In this document: one piece after another, positions 1 through 11,950 of the stretch | How positions within the stretch are numbered: the stretch's first letter is position 1 | How the letters are laid out: each line of letters opens with the position of its first letter | Origin: Octopus sinensis | Lineage: Eukaryota | Direction of reading: 5' to 3' | DNA: 64,000 nt | Assembly (NCBI RefSeq): GCF_006345805.1 | Contig: NC_042998.1 | Span: forward strand, 132,308,001 to 132,372,000 | Position numbers and translations under genes: made by a program | Notes under the pieces: model-generated | What the model was told of the DNA's origin: nothing | What the model saw: only the letters and a program-made list of their open reading frames with translations | Databases searched by the model: none

Positions 1-819
1 CTTGGGCAAGTGTCTTCTACTATAGCTGCTATAGAGGGAAACTGAAAGAAGCTTGTCATATATGTGTGTGTGTGTAGTGGATCATGCAGGTATGGCATGG
101 ATTTGATCCTCAATCGCCAAATTTCAACAGCACTTTTCTCACAGTAAAACAATAGTTTTTCTGTGAGGACAGCAGTTATATTTGCCAGATGCCATCGCTT
201 GGCAGAATAATGTCTTTGCCACTTGACCCTTCTAACCTCTTCTAGGCCACCGAAGCTAGAATAGAGATAACAGACCACCAACAAAATCTATTGTTTTCAA
301 CAATATTTCTAACTTTGGTTGGATTTGGATAGATCTAAAAACAAGAATTCCATAAGCCAAAGTCAGTTGGTGAGAACTGAGTCTGTCTGGCCAGCTGAAC
401 AAAACGCTGGCTCTAAAGGAAAAAGCACAAAGGGACAACTAAGGTAACTCACCAACGAAACAGTTGCTTCGTCCCACCACTTTCACTTTTACTAACTCAC
501 TTTCTTTTCTCTGTAACATCACCATATCTCTCTATATATTCTACTATGAGATTGTGTACACAAATACCGGCTGAAATTAACTCTTTTTACCTCGCATGCC
601 TTTCCATCTACTAGTTATACATACCAACCCGTCGTGGTTTTGGATATATATTAAAAGTAACGGTATATAAATATCTCTTTACAACTTCAATCACTGTTCT
701 TCCATCTTGCACACTGGCAACCAACACCTTAACAACCGCCATTACAACTGGTGACCTTACTGCAATGAAGTACTAACTGTTACATATATATGTGTGTGTA
801 TGTGTTTGTGCATCTGTGT

Positions 820-1205
820 TTGTACACACATCGCTTGACAACTGATGTTAGTGTGTTTATATCCCCGTAACTTAGCAGTTTGGCAAATGAGACCGATAGA
901 ATAAGTACTAGGCTTACAAAAAATAAGTCCTGGGGTTGATTTGTTTGACTAAAGGCAGTGCTCCAGCATGGCCACAGTCCAATGACTGAAAGGAAAGAAT
1001 AATGTGTTTGTGTTTGTCCACCACCACCACTTAACAACTACTGTTGGTGTATTTACATCTCTGTAACTTAGCAGTTCAGTAAAAGAGACTAACAAATAAC
1101 AAAATAAGTACCAAACTTTAAAAAATAAGGTCAGTTCATTTGACTAAGAATAATGTGATGCTCCCTCATGGCCACAGTCTAATGACTGAAGCAAGTAAAA
1201 GATAA
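820..1205 (+). mobile_element. Two tandem 3'-half fragments of tRNA-derived SINE family A (decayed)
   Basis: Motifs 'tccccgtaacttagcagtttggc...gaccgatagaataagtact...gtgctccagcatggcc...tgactgaaa' occur twice (~820-1000 and ~1010-1205) and match the 3' half of the intact copy at 44191. Confidence 0.8.
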
Positions 1206-1223
1206 AAGAGAATTAGTCTAGGG

Positions 1224-1722
1224 CAGGCCTGGCCAACTCAAATTACATTGCAGGCAACTTGAATCACAGAAAGATTTTATTGAGGGCCGCTCGTATACTT
1301 TATGCACTAATAGTCAAATAATCAAATTACAGAATCAAGAACTTTTAATACTTTTCGTTTGTTTAAAATTATAAAATTGTAGGCTATTGCTTTATTGCCA
1401 CTTATCAATTTTAAATTTGGAAATATTAAATTTCTAAATATCTCATAGAGATATGTACGGTGGTGGAGCGATAGAGTGGTTGTATACTGTCAACTTAACG
1501 TGAGAGTCCTGTAAAGGAATTACACCACCACTGTTTAGCCCTAGGAAGCAACGTTAAGTTGACAGTATACAACCAATTTTAAATTTATTTTGAAACAAAT
1601 GTTTTACACAAACAATTTTATTTTGAAATTAAACACAATACTTCAAGAAAGTATCAAGCGGGTCGCAAGATAAAAGTCTGCGGGCTGCGTGTGGCCCGCA
1701 GGACTCAGGTTGGCCTGCCCTG
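1224..1722. mobile_element. hAT (Charlie/Buster-like) non-autonomous MITE
   Basis: Imperfect TIRs CAGGCCTGGCCAACT / reverse complement CAGGGCAGGCCAACC. GC-rich subterminal 'cgggctgcgtgtggcccgcagg'. The 8-bp flanks gtctaggg / ctctaaca share the nTCTAnnn core typical of Buster-type targets, so the TSD match is only partial. Confidence 0.65.
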
Positions 1723-1724
1723 CT

Positions 1725-1800
1725 CTAACATCTTATTTGACTGTTATTTCTAGCCACTTGAGCGACCTCACGGAGGTTTCTTTGTTGGCTTGTTATGGTG
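1725..1800 (+). repeat. Unclassified dispersed repeat fragment ('gatttgagggagatttggctgctatttctagc' family)
   Basis: Related fragments at ~38030-38105 (+), ~41075-41115 (+) and ~50843-50920 (-). Confidence 0.45.
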
Positions 1801-1992
1801 AGGTTTATTCTTTTACTAGGGATATGAAGGCATTATTTGCTGCTGGGTAAATGGTGAAAGGTGCCTCTCTCCATATAGCTGCCATGAATTTATGGTTATA
1901 TAATTAATCCTAACTGGTTTTGAGAAGTATCTTGACTCTTTTTTTTTTATTGTCTTCTTCCCCCACCACTTCACTCTTTACACATATTGTAC

Positions 1993-2025
<33 letters not shown>

Positions 2026-2104
2026 AAGCATGATTATGTAACTCGTCTGTGTTAAAATGTGTTTCTACTCCTACCTTTCTCTCTCTTCATGTGGTGTTAA
2101 CCCC

Positions 2105-2258
2105 CCACTGTGACTGTCACCACCGCCTCCACCACTACCACCATTAATTACCAATACCTGTCATCACCATTACAGATACGGCTGTCATCACTGCCACTAT
2201 TACTTCTGACCACCACTACTACCTATCATCAGCAATACCATTATCGGGTTCACTGTTA

Positions 2259-2289
<31 letters not shown>

Positions 2290-2570
2290 TACACACATAT
2301 ACCATCACCTTCCTCCAGTCCTTCATAGCCACCAATACCATCATCACATTCCTCCAAATCTATGAACACCACTACCAGCACTGCAACCACCACCACTACC
2401 ACCACTACCACCACCACTACTACAACTACAACTATCATTAATCACCATTGCCACCATCATTGCTATCATCAGTGCCATTATCTGCCATCATACCCCCTCC
2501 CTGCCACATCGCTTCAACATCAGATCTAGCATCACCATCACCACATGTACCATAGAGTAACCATTATTAC
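2105..2570. repeat. CAC/CAT/TAC-rich low-complexity trinucleotide tract
   Basis: Degenerate (ACC)n/(ACT)n/(ATC)n runs visible directly. Confidence 0.8.
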
Positions 2571-2780
2571 TGTTGCACTCCCATCTAACCCCCGAGTGTC
2601 TCTCTGATGCAAAGTGTGTCTCCTGTCATGAAAAATTGCCCCAGACAACTAACTGTTGATAGCTTTTCAGTTAATGAAAAGACTGAAGCCTTTAGTGAGG
2701 CTAGAATTGAGAGTTTTGGAGATGCCCTGTCTTACCTGGGTGACTGTTCTCTCACCACGAGTGCTTTATTTAACTTACAC

Positions 2781-3178
2781 AGGCGCAGGTGTGGCTGTGT
2801 GGTAAGAAGTTGCTTCCCAACCATGTGGTTCCGGCTTCGGTCCCACTGCGTGGCACCTTGGGCAAGTGTCTTCTTCTGTGGTCTCAGGCCAACCAAAGCC
2901 TTGTGAGTGGATTTGGTAGATGGGAACTGAAAGAAGCCTGTCATGTGTATGTGTGTGTGTGTGTGTCTTTGTATGTGATTTGTGTCTGTGTTTGTTCCCC
3001 CATTACCATTTGACAACCAGTGTTGGTGCATTTACATCATCATAAGTTAGTGGTTTGGCAAAAGAGACCAATAAAATAAGTTCTACGCTTAAGAAATAAG
3101 TCCTCGGTGGGGGTCGAGGCAGTGATCCAGCATGGCTGCAGTCAAATGACTGAAAAAATAAAGGAAAGGAATAAAAGA
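2781..3178 (+). mobile_element. Full-length tRNA-derived SINE, family A
   Basis: Head ggcgcagg..TGGCTGTGTGG (A-box-like) and GGCTTCGGTCCC (B-box-like), central (TG)n microsatellite, A-rich 'aaaagaa' tail. About 400 bp with heavy CpG decay. Confidence 0.9.
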
Positions 3179-3626
3179 AATATATATTGGTGTGTGTATG
3201 TATGTATATAAAGGTATTAATTTTTTTTTTTAATGCAGTGATGAATACAGGTATTGCACTTTGCAATGAAAGAATGCGCATACAGTCATGCAGTGCATTC
3301 AAAGCCACTCACGTTTTCTAAATATTTTGCAATTTCTCAGTATATCTCAGGAACTGATCTCTCACTTGCAGACCATACATGGCATACTACAAGACTATTG
3401 TGACACTATAATCTAAAATGTGTCCATTGTGGAGCTCGGTATTAAGCTAACAGAGTTAGCTTTCCGTTTACATCTATCCAGAGTTAGCTATTTGTTGATG
3501 TCTCTTCGGAGATAGTTTAACTGTTTGATAGTGTTTCCCTAGAGTTAACTATTACCTAATATCTCTTCAGGGATGGCCATTAGGTAGTATCTTGGCTGCA
3601 GAATTAGCTGTGAAATAACGGTCTAT

Positions 3627-3958
3627 GTGCCGATACCAGTGCCGGTGGCACATAAGAGAACCATCCGAACATGGCTGTAGCCAGCGCCGCCTGACTGGCC
3701 TCCATGCCGGTGGCACGTAAAAAGCACCATTCGACCGTGGCCGTTTGCCAGCCTCGTCTGGCACCTGTGCCGGTGGCATGTAAAAAGCTCCCACTACGCT
3801 CACGGAGTGGTTGGCGTTAGGAAGGGCGTCCAGCTATAGAAACACTGCCAGATCAGACTGGGCCTGGTGCAGCCTTCTGGCTTCCCAGACCCCAGTTGAA
3901 CCGTCCAACCCATGCCAGCATGGAAAGCGGACGTTAAATGATGATGATGATGATGATG
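3627..3958 (+). mobile_element. SINE-like/non-autonomous retroelement family C with (GAT)n tail (RTE-type tail inferred)
   Basis: Three internal 'gccggtggcacgtaaaaagcacc' modules, 'ggcgttaggaagggc.tccagct.tagaaac' and a 3' end 'gcatggaaagcggacgttaaatgatgatgat'. Confidence 0.85.
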
Positions 3959-4519
3959 TAGAGTTATTACTCTGAGAACTCCCTGTTAGTTAACATCTCC
4001 TACAAGTATGAACTACTAAATATGTATACAAGTGCTGTGAATTTTTCACATTTTACCCTGCTTTTTTCTTTCTCACTCCCTCTCATTCTTTTCCTCCCTT
4101 GTTCACACTCTCTCTCTCATTCTTTTTCTTTCCTCCTCTCTCTCTCTCTCTCTCTTAGATTTTTTTTCTTTTCCTGCTCTCTCTTTCTTGTCTTTGCTAT
4201 ACCATCGTTGCAGAAGTGCTAAAGGAAGAGTATGTTTATATATATTAATAGCAATTTGTAAGCCAGTATGTAAACACGGGAAGTAACAATGGTTATATAA
4301 TACAACCTGTCTGTTTAAAAATCAGCGAAATTAGTTCATTGAGAGACGGAGAGGATGACGTGCATGTTATCAATGTTCACTGATGAGGATGTTAGTTACA
4401 GATGCCCTTCTTGCATCCTTCCCACATACCTACCTACCTGTAACACACACACACGTATATATATACATATATACAATGCTTCCTGCCCACTCCCTGTCAA
4501 TCATTCACCACCTCTATAC

Positions 4520-5170
<651 letters not shown>

Positions 5171-5293
5171 ATGTGTGTACTTGTGTAATTGTAAACAACA
5201 TAGATTCTGTTTTGTTTTTTTTCCTTCGAAAAATAGTGAAGTGCTTGCACTCACAGAGTGAGTGAGTGTGTGTGTTACACAAAGATAACCTGA

Positions 5294-5352
5294 AGAACTT
5301 AACCAATTCTTACGTGCTTATCTTATAAGCACGTAAGAATTGGTTAAGTTCT
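5294..5352. repeat. Perfect 28-bp inverted repeat with 3-nt loop
   Basis: agaacttaaccaattcttacgtgcttat-ctt-ataagcacgtaagaattggttaagttct. Confidence 0.95.
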
Positions 5353-5763
5353 CTGATGAAATAGTTTGGCAATTTGACAGTATTGCCTTGCGTCTTTTGT
5401 GTTTCTATTGATGGATACATTGTTTTGATTGGCATCTCTGCCGATCTTCTTCAGGTGCACTATTTACATGCATACACACGAATGAAAGGAAAACCCTTAT
5501 GGATGTGATGTCATCACTAAAGCCTTCAATTTTATCTTGAGGGTATGAATCACCATCATAAATTTGGTTTGCTTTGAGCTTGCAATCATGAAAGGGCATT
5601 TGGACATGTTTACTACAACAAAAACACATTCACTACACACTGATACATATGGCCATACACACAGAAGGTCACACACAGTGACATGAATATAATCACAGTC
5701 ACACATATGCACTGATACAGAATTTTATTTAAGATTGAACTCAGAACCTTTACATCTATCACA

Positions 5764-6185
5764 CATGGCTCAGTGGTTTGAGCATCAGGCTTACAATGAA
5801 GGCGCATGGTTCAGCAGTCAGAGCATTGGGCTTACAGTGAAGGTCCATGGCCCAGTATTTAGAGCATCAGGTTTACAATAATGTGGTTGTGAGTTCAATT
5901 CCTGGACTGGGCTGTTAGTTGTACTCTTCAACAAGATGCTCTCTATTTCATGTCGCTCCAGCTCACTCTGCTGTAGAAATGAGTTGCAATGTCACTGGTG
6001 CCAAGCTCTATCATCCTTTTCCTTTCTCTTGGATAACATTGGTGGCCCGGAGATGGGAGGCTGGTATGCATGGGAAACTGCTGGTCTTCCACAAACAAGC
6101 TTGCCTGGACTTGTACCTTGAAGGGGAACTTTCTAGGTACAATTCCATGACCATTCATGACCGAAGGGGATCTTTACCCTTTACA
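5764..6185 (+). mobile_element. tRNA-headed, CORE-like SINE (family D) with triplicated 5' head
   Basis: A-box TGGCTCAGTGG, B-box-like gagttcaattcc, and central 'caagatgctctctatttcatgtcgctccagctcactctgctgtagaaatgagt' resembling the CORE domain. The 41-bp head unit is repeated three times. Confidence 0.75.
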
Positions 6186-6736
6186 TCTATCATAAAACTG
6201 TAGTGTAATGCCTTGAATACAATCTTAATGCCAGCCAACCAGAGAAGCCTTTACATCTTTAACTTGACTATTCTTTATCATTTCATGGGACCAGTAAGCT
6301 TGGAGACCTGATTTGGCTTTGTCTCTATGGTTAGCTGCCCTTCTGAATAACCCATTAATGCTCAAATTTTTTAAAATTCTATTTTTTACCAAAAATCTTT
6401 TTTGTATAACTTTATCTGATACTAAATATATAAAAAAAATTTTATTACATTATTTGAAAGACACCTCAGTCTTGATGGCTAACTAAAGATATCTCAGAAA
6501 AATACAGGTGTTGCAGAAATATGATAGATTATCCTTCTGGTCCTAAAAAAAAGGACCATGGGCACTAATGGGTTAACACCAACCATTTTATTGAGTGATA
6601 CTAGGTTAACCAATCTCATAAATATTTCGTAGTAGTAATGACTTATTTGAAGAATTTAGAATTTATCTACACTTGACTACGCATTCTTTTTAACAACAAT
6701 ATTAATATAGTTATTTCTTTTCTCTTCTTCTTTTAG

Positions 6737-6788
6737 GTAAGTGCTGTTGGTCTTCTTCATTGAAATATCGATGGGATTCCAGTTTTTG
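6737..6788 (+). other. Putative 52-nt exon (possible recursive-splicing exon; coding status unresolved)
   Basis: Long pyrimidine tract plus TAG acceptor at 6735-6736, and donor TTG|GTAAGA at 6789. No frame gives an open reading through both this and the next exon. Confidence 0.5.
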
Positions 6789-6869
6789 GTAAGACTGTTG
6801 ATTCAATCTTTTCTCTTTCCTTCATTTGTTTTATGGTTTTGAAAAACTTTGAGTTCAATGTTGTTTCAG

Positions 6870-6911
6870 ACTTGGTGATTGGTATTCAGAGAATCCTGGA
6901 CCAGAATCAAG
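6870..6911 (+). other. Putative 42-nt exon (open frames LGDWYSENPGPES or LVIGIQRILDQNQ)
   Basis: Acceptor ttgtttcag| and donor CAAG|GTAAGA. It is separated from the previous candidate by a canonical 81-nt GT-AG intron. Confidence 0.55.
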
Positions 6912-7114
6912 GTAAGATATATTTTCTTTTATTGATATTCTTTAACAATGTAAGGTTGTTATCAATTCTTCTTCATTCTGGTATTAGCTTTTCTTCTTTT
7001 TTTCTTTATTTTTTTTTCATATATCCTAGTTCCCTTCAATATCCTTCATTATTTATTATTTTGTCTTTGATCAAGAAACTGACACTTGTACACACACACA
7101 CCATACCTATATTA

Positions 7115-7345
7115 TTGGGTTGGTGCATAATTATTGCGACTTTTTTTCAACAAATTTTATTCAACAAAAACAATAACAACATGTAGCAAAAACATTTTAA
7201 AACAATTATTCCAGAGCATATTCACCATCTACTTCAATTACTGCTTCCCATTTGCTTGGCAGCTGGTCAGACCGTCATTTAAAAATGTTTTTGTTATATG
7301 TTGTTATTGTTGAAAAAAAGCTGCAATAATTATGCACCAATCCAA
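7115..7345 (-). mobile_element. Mariner-derived MITE (internally deleted; Hsmar1/MADE1-like TIRs)
   Basis: TIRs TTGGGTTGGTGCATAATTATTGCG / reverse complement TTGGATTGGTGCATAATTATTGCA with TA on both flanks. The minus strand encodes LPSKWEAVIEVDGEY, the mariner transposase C-terminal LP.RW..V...G.Y motif. Confidence 0.9.
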
Positions 7346-8479
7346 TAGTCTTTATTATTTGGCTCATTTTCAGTTTATTTATTTGTGTTGTTGTTATTAC
7401 TCATGTAAAAATGGATATCAAACATTTTGTTACTATATATACAACATACATTTTCATTTGGATCTACAATAATAATTCACAGTTTCCATATATACAATAT
7501 ATATATATATATATATATAATGTATGTATGTGTGTATTTAATTCTAATTTTGCTAAAAGCTTGCTTTTGTGTATTTTGTAAATTAATTTTTGTTTCTTCG
7601 GTTATCTATCTCTAATTTTCACTTCACTGTCTTCGTCAGGAAAATGTATTGGTGTGTGTTGCTTCAGAATCTTAGATTCAGGATATGGTGTATATATGTT
7701 TCCAAACATTTAAATATAATTTGAAATGCTGAATATATTTTAGTTTTGCTGTAAAGAGAATTTATAATGATCGGCACTCTTGCACAGATATGAAAATTAT
7801 CTTATTCACATGGCTAAATTAATTTGCATATTGGTGCTGGTTTGGTAATTTAAAAAAAGTTACTTACAGTTATCATACTAGTACCAATATGTAAATTAGT
7901 TTAGCCATCTGTAAACTAAGCAGCATTTTCTATGTATGTAGCTGCAGGCTGCTATCATCTCTGCAAAGAAGCATGGTTAGGTGTAAACTGATGAAGGTTA
8001 AAGAATTCGGTGCTAGTTTTTTTTTTTTTCTTTATGTTACAACACTGCAACTATTTTGCAGAGAACTTGGATTACATACCTAAGATTCATTCCACAGCAA
8101 GAATATGTTTTATGCATACATGTGTGCATACATGTGTGCATACATGCACACACACACTTTTGGTGTAGTGAATATTTTAGCTCCCATGCTATTTTTAACA
8201 TAAAGAGAGAACTCATATATACACCACATTGGCAAGTTCCTATGATAGCTGGCAGATGCACAAGTCACGATGTCTTCTGAACAGCATTTGGGTTGGTTTG
8301 TAAAACCCTTGTTCCAAAGTAGTTAGACAGTGATTTTTTTTTTCTTTAACAAACACGGAAATAGGGTATATTTTGTATGTATGACCTTTTGAAAATCATA
8401 TTCTTATGACATACTGCAAATGTATGCATACATACATGTATATATATAGGCCATGTGTCTTTACACACACAAATGTGTG

Positions 8480-8780
8480 CGAAGGTGTAATTGCCTAGTT
8501 GTCACGGTGTTGTACTTAGAATTGCAAGACTGGTTTTGATTCCCAGACAAGTGGTGCATTGTGTTCTTGAGCAAGACACTTCATTTCACATAGCTTCCAT
8601 CTGTTCTGCTGTAAATGGGTAAAGTCTGTGATGAACTGATGCTCCATTCATTGGAATGTTGGCTTCCCTGTCTAGCCAGCAGGGTGGTATCATTTGAAAG
8701 CCACAACGGCATGAGGAAGTGCATTGTGACCAGCGGTGTATAATAACATCTGGTTATCTGGTCGACAGAGTGAGTCACAT
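8480..8780 (+). mobile_element. Decayed tRNA/CORE-like SINE
   Basis: B-box-like 'ttgattccc', then 'gtgttcttgagcaagacacttcatttcac...ctgtaaatgggta'. Confidence 0.7.
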
Positions 8781-9903
8781 ACACACACTACACACGTTCC
8801 TTACATTGTATTCCTAGAAAAAAAAAATTACTGTTTTGTGGAGTTTTGTAATATAAAACCGTTTTTCAGTTGATGTTCCTGCTACTTGAAAGTCAATGTG
8901 AACTACATTTCACATTATGAAATCCCACATCACAAAAAATATTCAGCAAGGCAACTGTTGTTCGATACAATGCTACCTGTATATATGAACATGTGTGCAT
9001 AGTCATCATTGAATGACAGAAATATCAGTGAAAATGCGAAAATGCTGTGTTCTTTGAACGACCTCCATAGAAATACAGACACATCTTGGCTTCTTTTACC
9101 ACGAGAGAGCAAACCATTGATTGGTTCATTGGAGACTTGTAACTGGGAGCACTTTTGCTTGCAAAAATGCTTGTAGAAAATGAAATGAAATAGAATTAGA
9201 TATGTCATACAGTCACAGTTTAGGTCAAGCGTTTGTCAATATAGATGTTTCTGGAATTGATCTGAATTTAATACTGGAAGTTTATTGATTTTTTTTTTAT
9301 TGTTATTTAATTTTCTATTGATTTTAGAAAGGGTGGTGTGAGCTTTCTTTTTATTTTTGTCTTTGATGTATGGGATATTATTCAGTGTCAACTTACATAA
9401 TAATATTTGTACTCTTTGCAAGGACTGCATATTCTTTCCCAGCAGTAAAAGGTGTGGTTGTGTGTGCATGTGTGTATGGAGTGAGCTGTATGTTAGCTAT
9501 GTGTGTGTGTGGTGTGTGTGTGTGTGTGTGTCTCTGTGCATACGTTTGTGTTATTATGTACATGCACTTACAGTGATGAGCTCACCTGTGAATGACATGA
9601 GTGTATACACACACTCACACGTACTCACACACGCACACCACACACACACACACATGGTAGGGGGACTAGTCAGATGTGTGAATATGGTCATGTTTCAAAA
9701 TCATTTTATGGACATGTATGCTCAAGTGTGTGTATGTACATTCATTACACACCATGTGTGTGCATGCGTGTGTATGATGTAATGTTTGTGTTTGGAAGTG
9801 TTTGCTTTTTCTGACCAGCTGCTAAGTCATTCAGTAAACTTAGTACATTCAATAGTATTGTGAGTGCATTCATCGCTTTTTATTTCTCAAATGACGTTAT
9901 ACT

Positions 9904-10314
9904 TATTTCTTTACCACCCACAAGGAGCTAGACACAGAGGAGACAAACAAGGACAGACAGACGGATTAAGTCAATTATATCGACCCCAGTGCGTAACTGG
10001 TACTTAATTTATCGACCCCGAAAGGATGAAAGGCAAAGTCGACCTCGGCGGAATTTGAACTCAGAATGTAGCGGCAGACGAAATACCTATTTCTTTACTA
10101 CCCACAAGGGGCTAAACACAGAGGAGACAAACAAGACAGACAGATGGATTAAGTCGATTATATTGACCCCAGTGCGTAACTGGTACTTAATTTATCGACC
10201 CCGAAAGGATGAAAGGCAAAGTCGAGCTCGGCAGAATTTGAACTCAGAACATAACGGCAGACAAAATACCGCTAAGCATTTCGCCCGGCGTGCTAATGTT
10301 TCTGCCAGCACGCC
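9904..10314 (-). mobile_element. SINE family B (Meta-domain-like core), tandem of a 5'-truncated 184-bp unit and a full copy
   Basis: Minus strand: ggcg..ctggcagaaac.ttagcacgccgggcgaaatgcttagc...gagttcaaattc.gccga..tcgactttgcctttcatcctttcggggtcgataaattaagtaccag. Units are 9904-10087 and 10088-10314. The MetaSINE assignment of the central motif is from recall. Confidence 0.9.
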
Positions 10315-10989
10315 AAGTGACCTTATACTATGTCATCACTGCATGCTATGTCATATGTTGTGCCATTCTCCTCATGTCCTACCATATTATATGCCATTGT
10401 ATAACTGTAAACAATAACAACAACCACTCTGATAATATCCTATTATGCTACATCAGAAAATATTCTGTCCATTAGCATGTAGGTGCAGCGCATAGAAAAA
10501 AAACCTCAGAATCATTGTGTAATGATTTGTACACGCATGTAGGGAAAGTTTGATTAGAGTTCAGTCATCTGTTCATGTTATATTCATAATATTTCTGAAT
10601 GTTCCCCGCCAAAAACACTTGTAAATTTTACCCTAACACTACAATTTTCAACAGCTGTTTGTTAATTCATTTCTATCTTGTAATACTTATTTACAGCTTG
10701 TTGGACTGGCGGGGTGATTTGAAAGTTGACACAATGCAATGCTAGAGGTTTCTGATTTATTTGTTTGTCTGGTCATTGGACAGATGATGGAACTTCAATG
10801 TCTATAAAGCTTACCTCAAACTGGTATTGTTCCTGCTGTCAGGCTAAGAATTTCTGAAAATTATCCATGGACTCTGGATGTGAAATTCCTCTAGAACGGA
10901 CAAACCAGTTGATTTTCATTAATGCCCCGATTTTCTCTGAGAATGTCATGGCTTTTGCCCTACTAAGTTTCTTACATAAGCACAAGGCC

Positions 10990-11165
10990 AGACTTTATGG
11001 GGAGTGAGCTCATCTATTAAATTGACCCCAGTGCTTGATTAGTGTTTTATCTATTGACCCTCGAAGGGGGGATGGCAAAGTCAATCAGAGTGGGATTTGA
11101 ACTCAGATCTTAAAAAGCCAGATAAAATACCACAATGCATTTTCTTTAATGTTCTAATAATTCTA
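10990..11165 (-). mobile_element. Decayed SINE family B
   Basis: 'ttgaccccagtgcttgattagt..ttattgaccctcgaagggggatggcaaagtcaatc..gatttgaactcag'. Confidence 0.7.
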
Positions 11166-11235
11166 CCTAATTACTATTCCAGATTTCTTTGTAGAAGGGA
11201 ACAATTGATAAATGAAGTACTGTCTTGATCCACAG

Positions 11236-11450
11236 GACTCATGAGGCATATAATTGACCAAGATCACAACATATCCCACTGAGTGGGTTGCCAGTCCGTC
11301 GCTGAGTTATTCATATACTACTGAGTGGACTGGAGCAAAGTGAAATGCAGTGTTTTGCTCAAGAACACAACACACTGCCCAGTCTGGGAATCAAAACCAG
11401 GATCTTATGATCATGAGTCCAATACCTTAACCACTAAGCCATGTGCCTAC
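11236..11450 (-). mobile_element. tRNA/CORE-like SINE
   Basis: Reverse complement reads aggcacatggcttagtggttaagg (A-box) ... ggttttgattccc (B-box) ... gtgttcttgagcaaaacactgcatttcactttgctccagtccactcag. Confidence 0.8.
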
Positions 11451-11689
11451 CCTCAAGCATTAAAATGTCCCCAATATTATCTTTGTGAACCCCCAACAAA
11501 AGAAATGAAAGGCAAACTAGATCATCAAATTTAGGATGCAAAATGCCTCCACACATAAAACACGCGAAACAAACATCAGGATATTCTGAAATAAGAAAAT
11601 GCAATTGGTTTTCATGGCTTTCAGTTTCTTCAGTTAAGTTTGCGACAATTATTATTATTACAATATCGGTTATGAACATAAGAATATAA

Positions 11690-11950
11690 ATGGTGGTTGT
11701 GGTGGTTGTGGTGGAGGAGGTTGTGGTGGTGGTGTAGTGGTGATGATGGTTGTGGTGTTGGTGGTCTTAATGTTGCATAAGTAGGGATACTGTATGTTGT
11801 TAGTAAGTAGCAAAATCCATGGTGCTTTGAATGGTGGTAGCAGAGGTGGTGGTTGAAGAGTGATCACACTAAGTAGAATTAGTGATTGTAGTAGTAGTTG
11901 GTAGTGGTGGTAGTAGTAGTAATGGAGGTGGTTGTAGTAGTGGTAGTAAG
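11690..11950. repeat. GGT/AGT-rich trinucleotide low-complexity tract
   Basis: Directly visible. Confidence 0.8.

Noticed and set aside
256-450. Open frames on both strands with splice-like sites (plus donor AAG|GTAACT at 444; minus acceptor at ~417)
   Set aside because: The signals conflict between strands and no peptide is recognisable.
5405-5629. Minus-strand protein-like stretch KHVQMPFHDCKLKANQIYDGDSYPQDKIEGFSDD
   Set aside because: There is an acceptor-like site but no convincing donor and no recognised homology. Left uncalled.
11434-11679. Minus-strand ORF with a good acceptor (EYPDVCFACFMCGGILHPKFDD...)
   Set aside because: Its downstream half is a decayed SINE B core and the donor lies in a SINE head. 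No recognisable protein.
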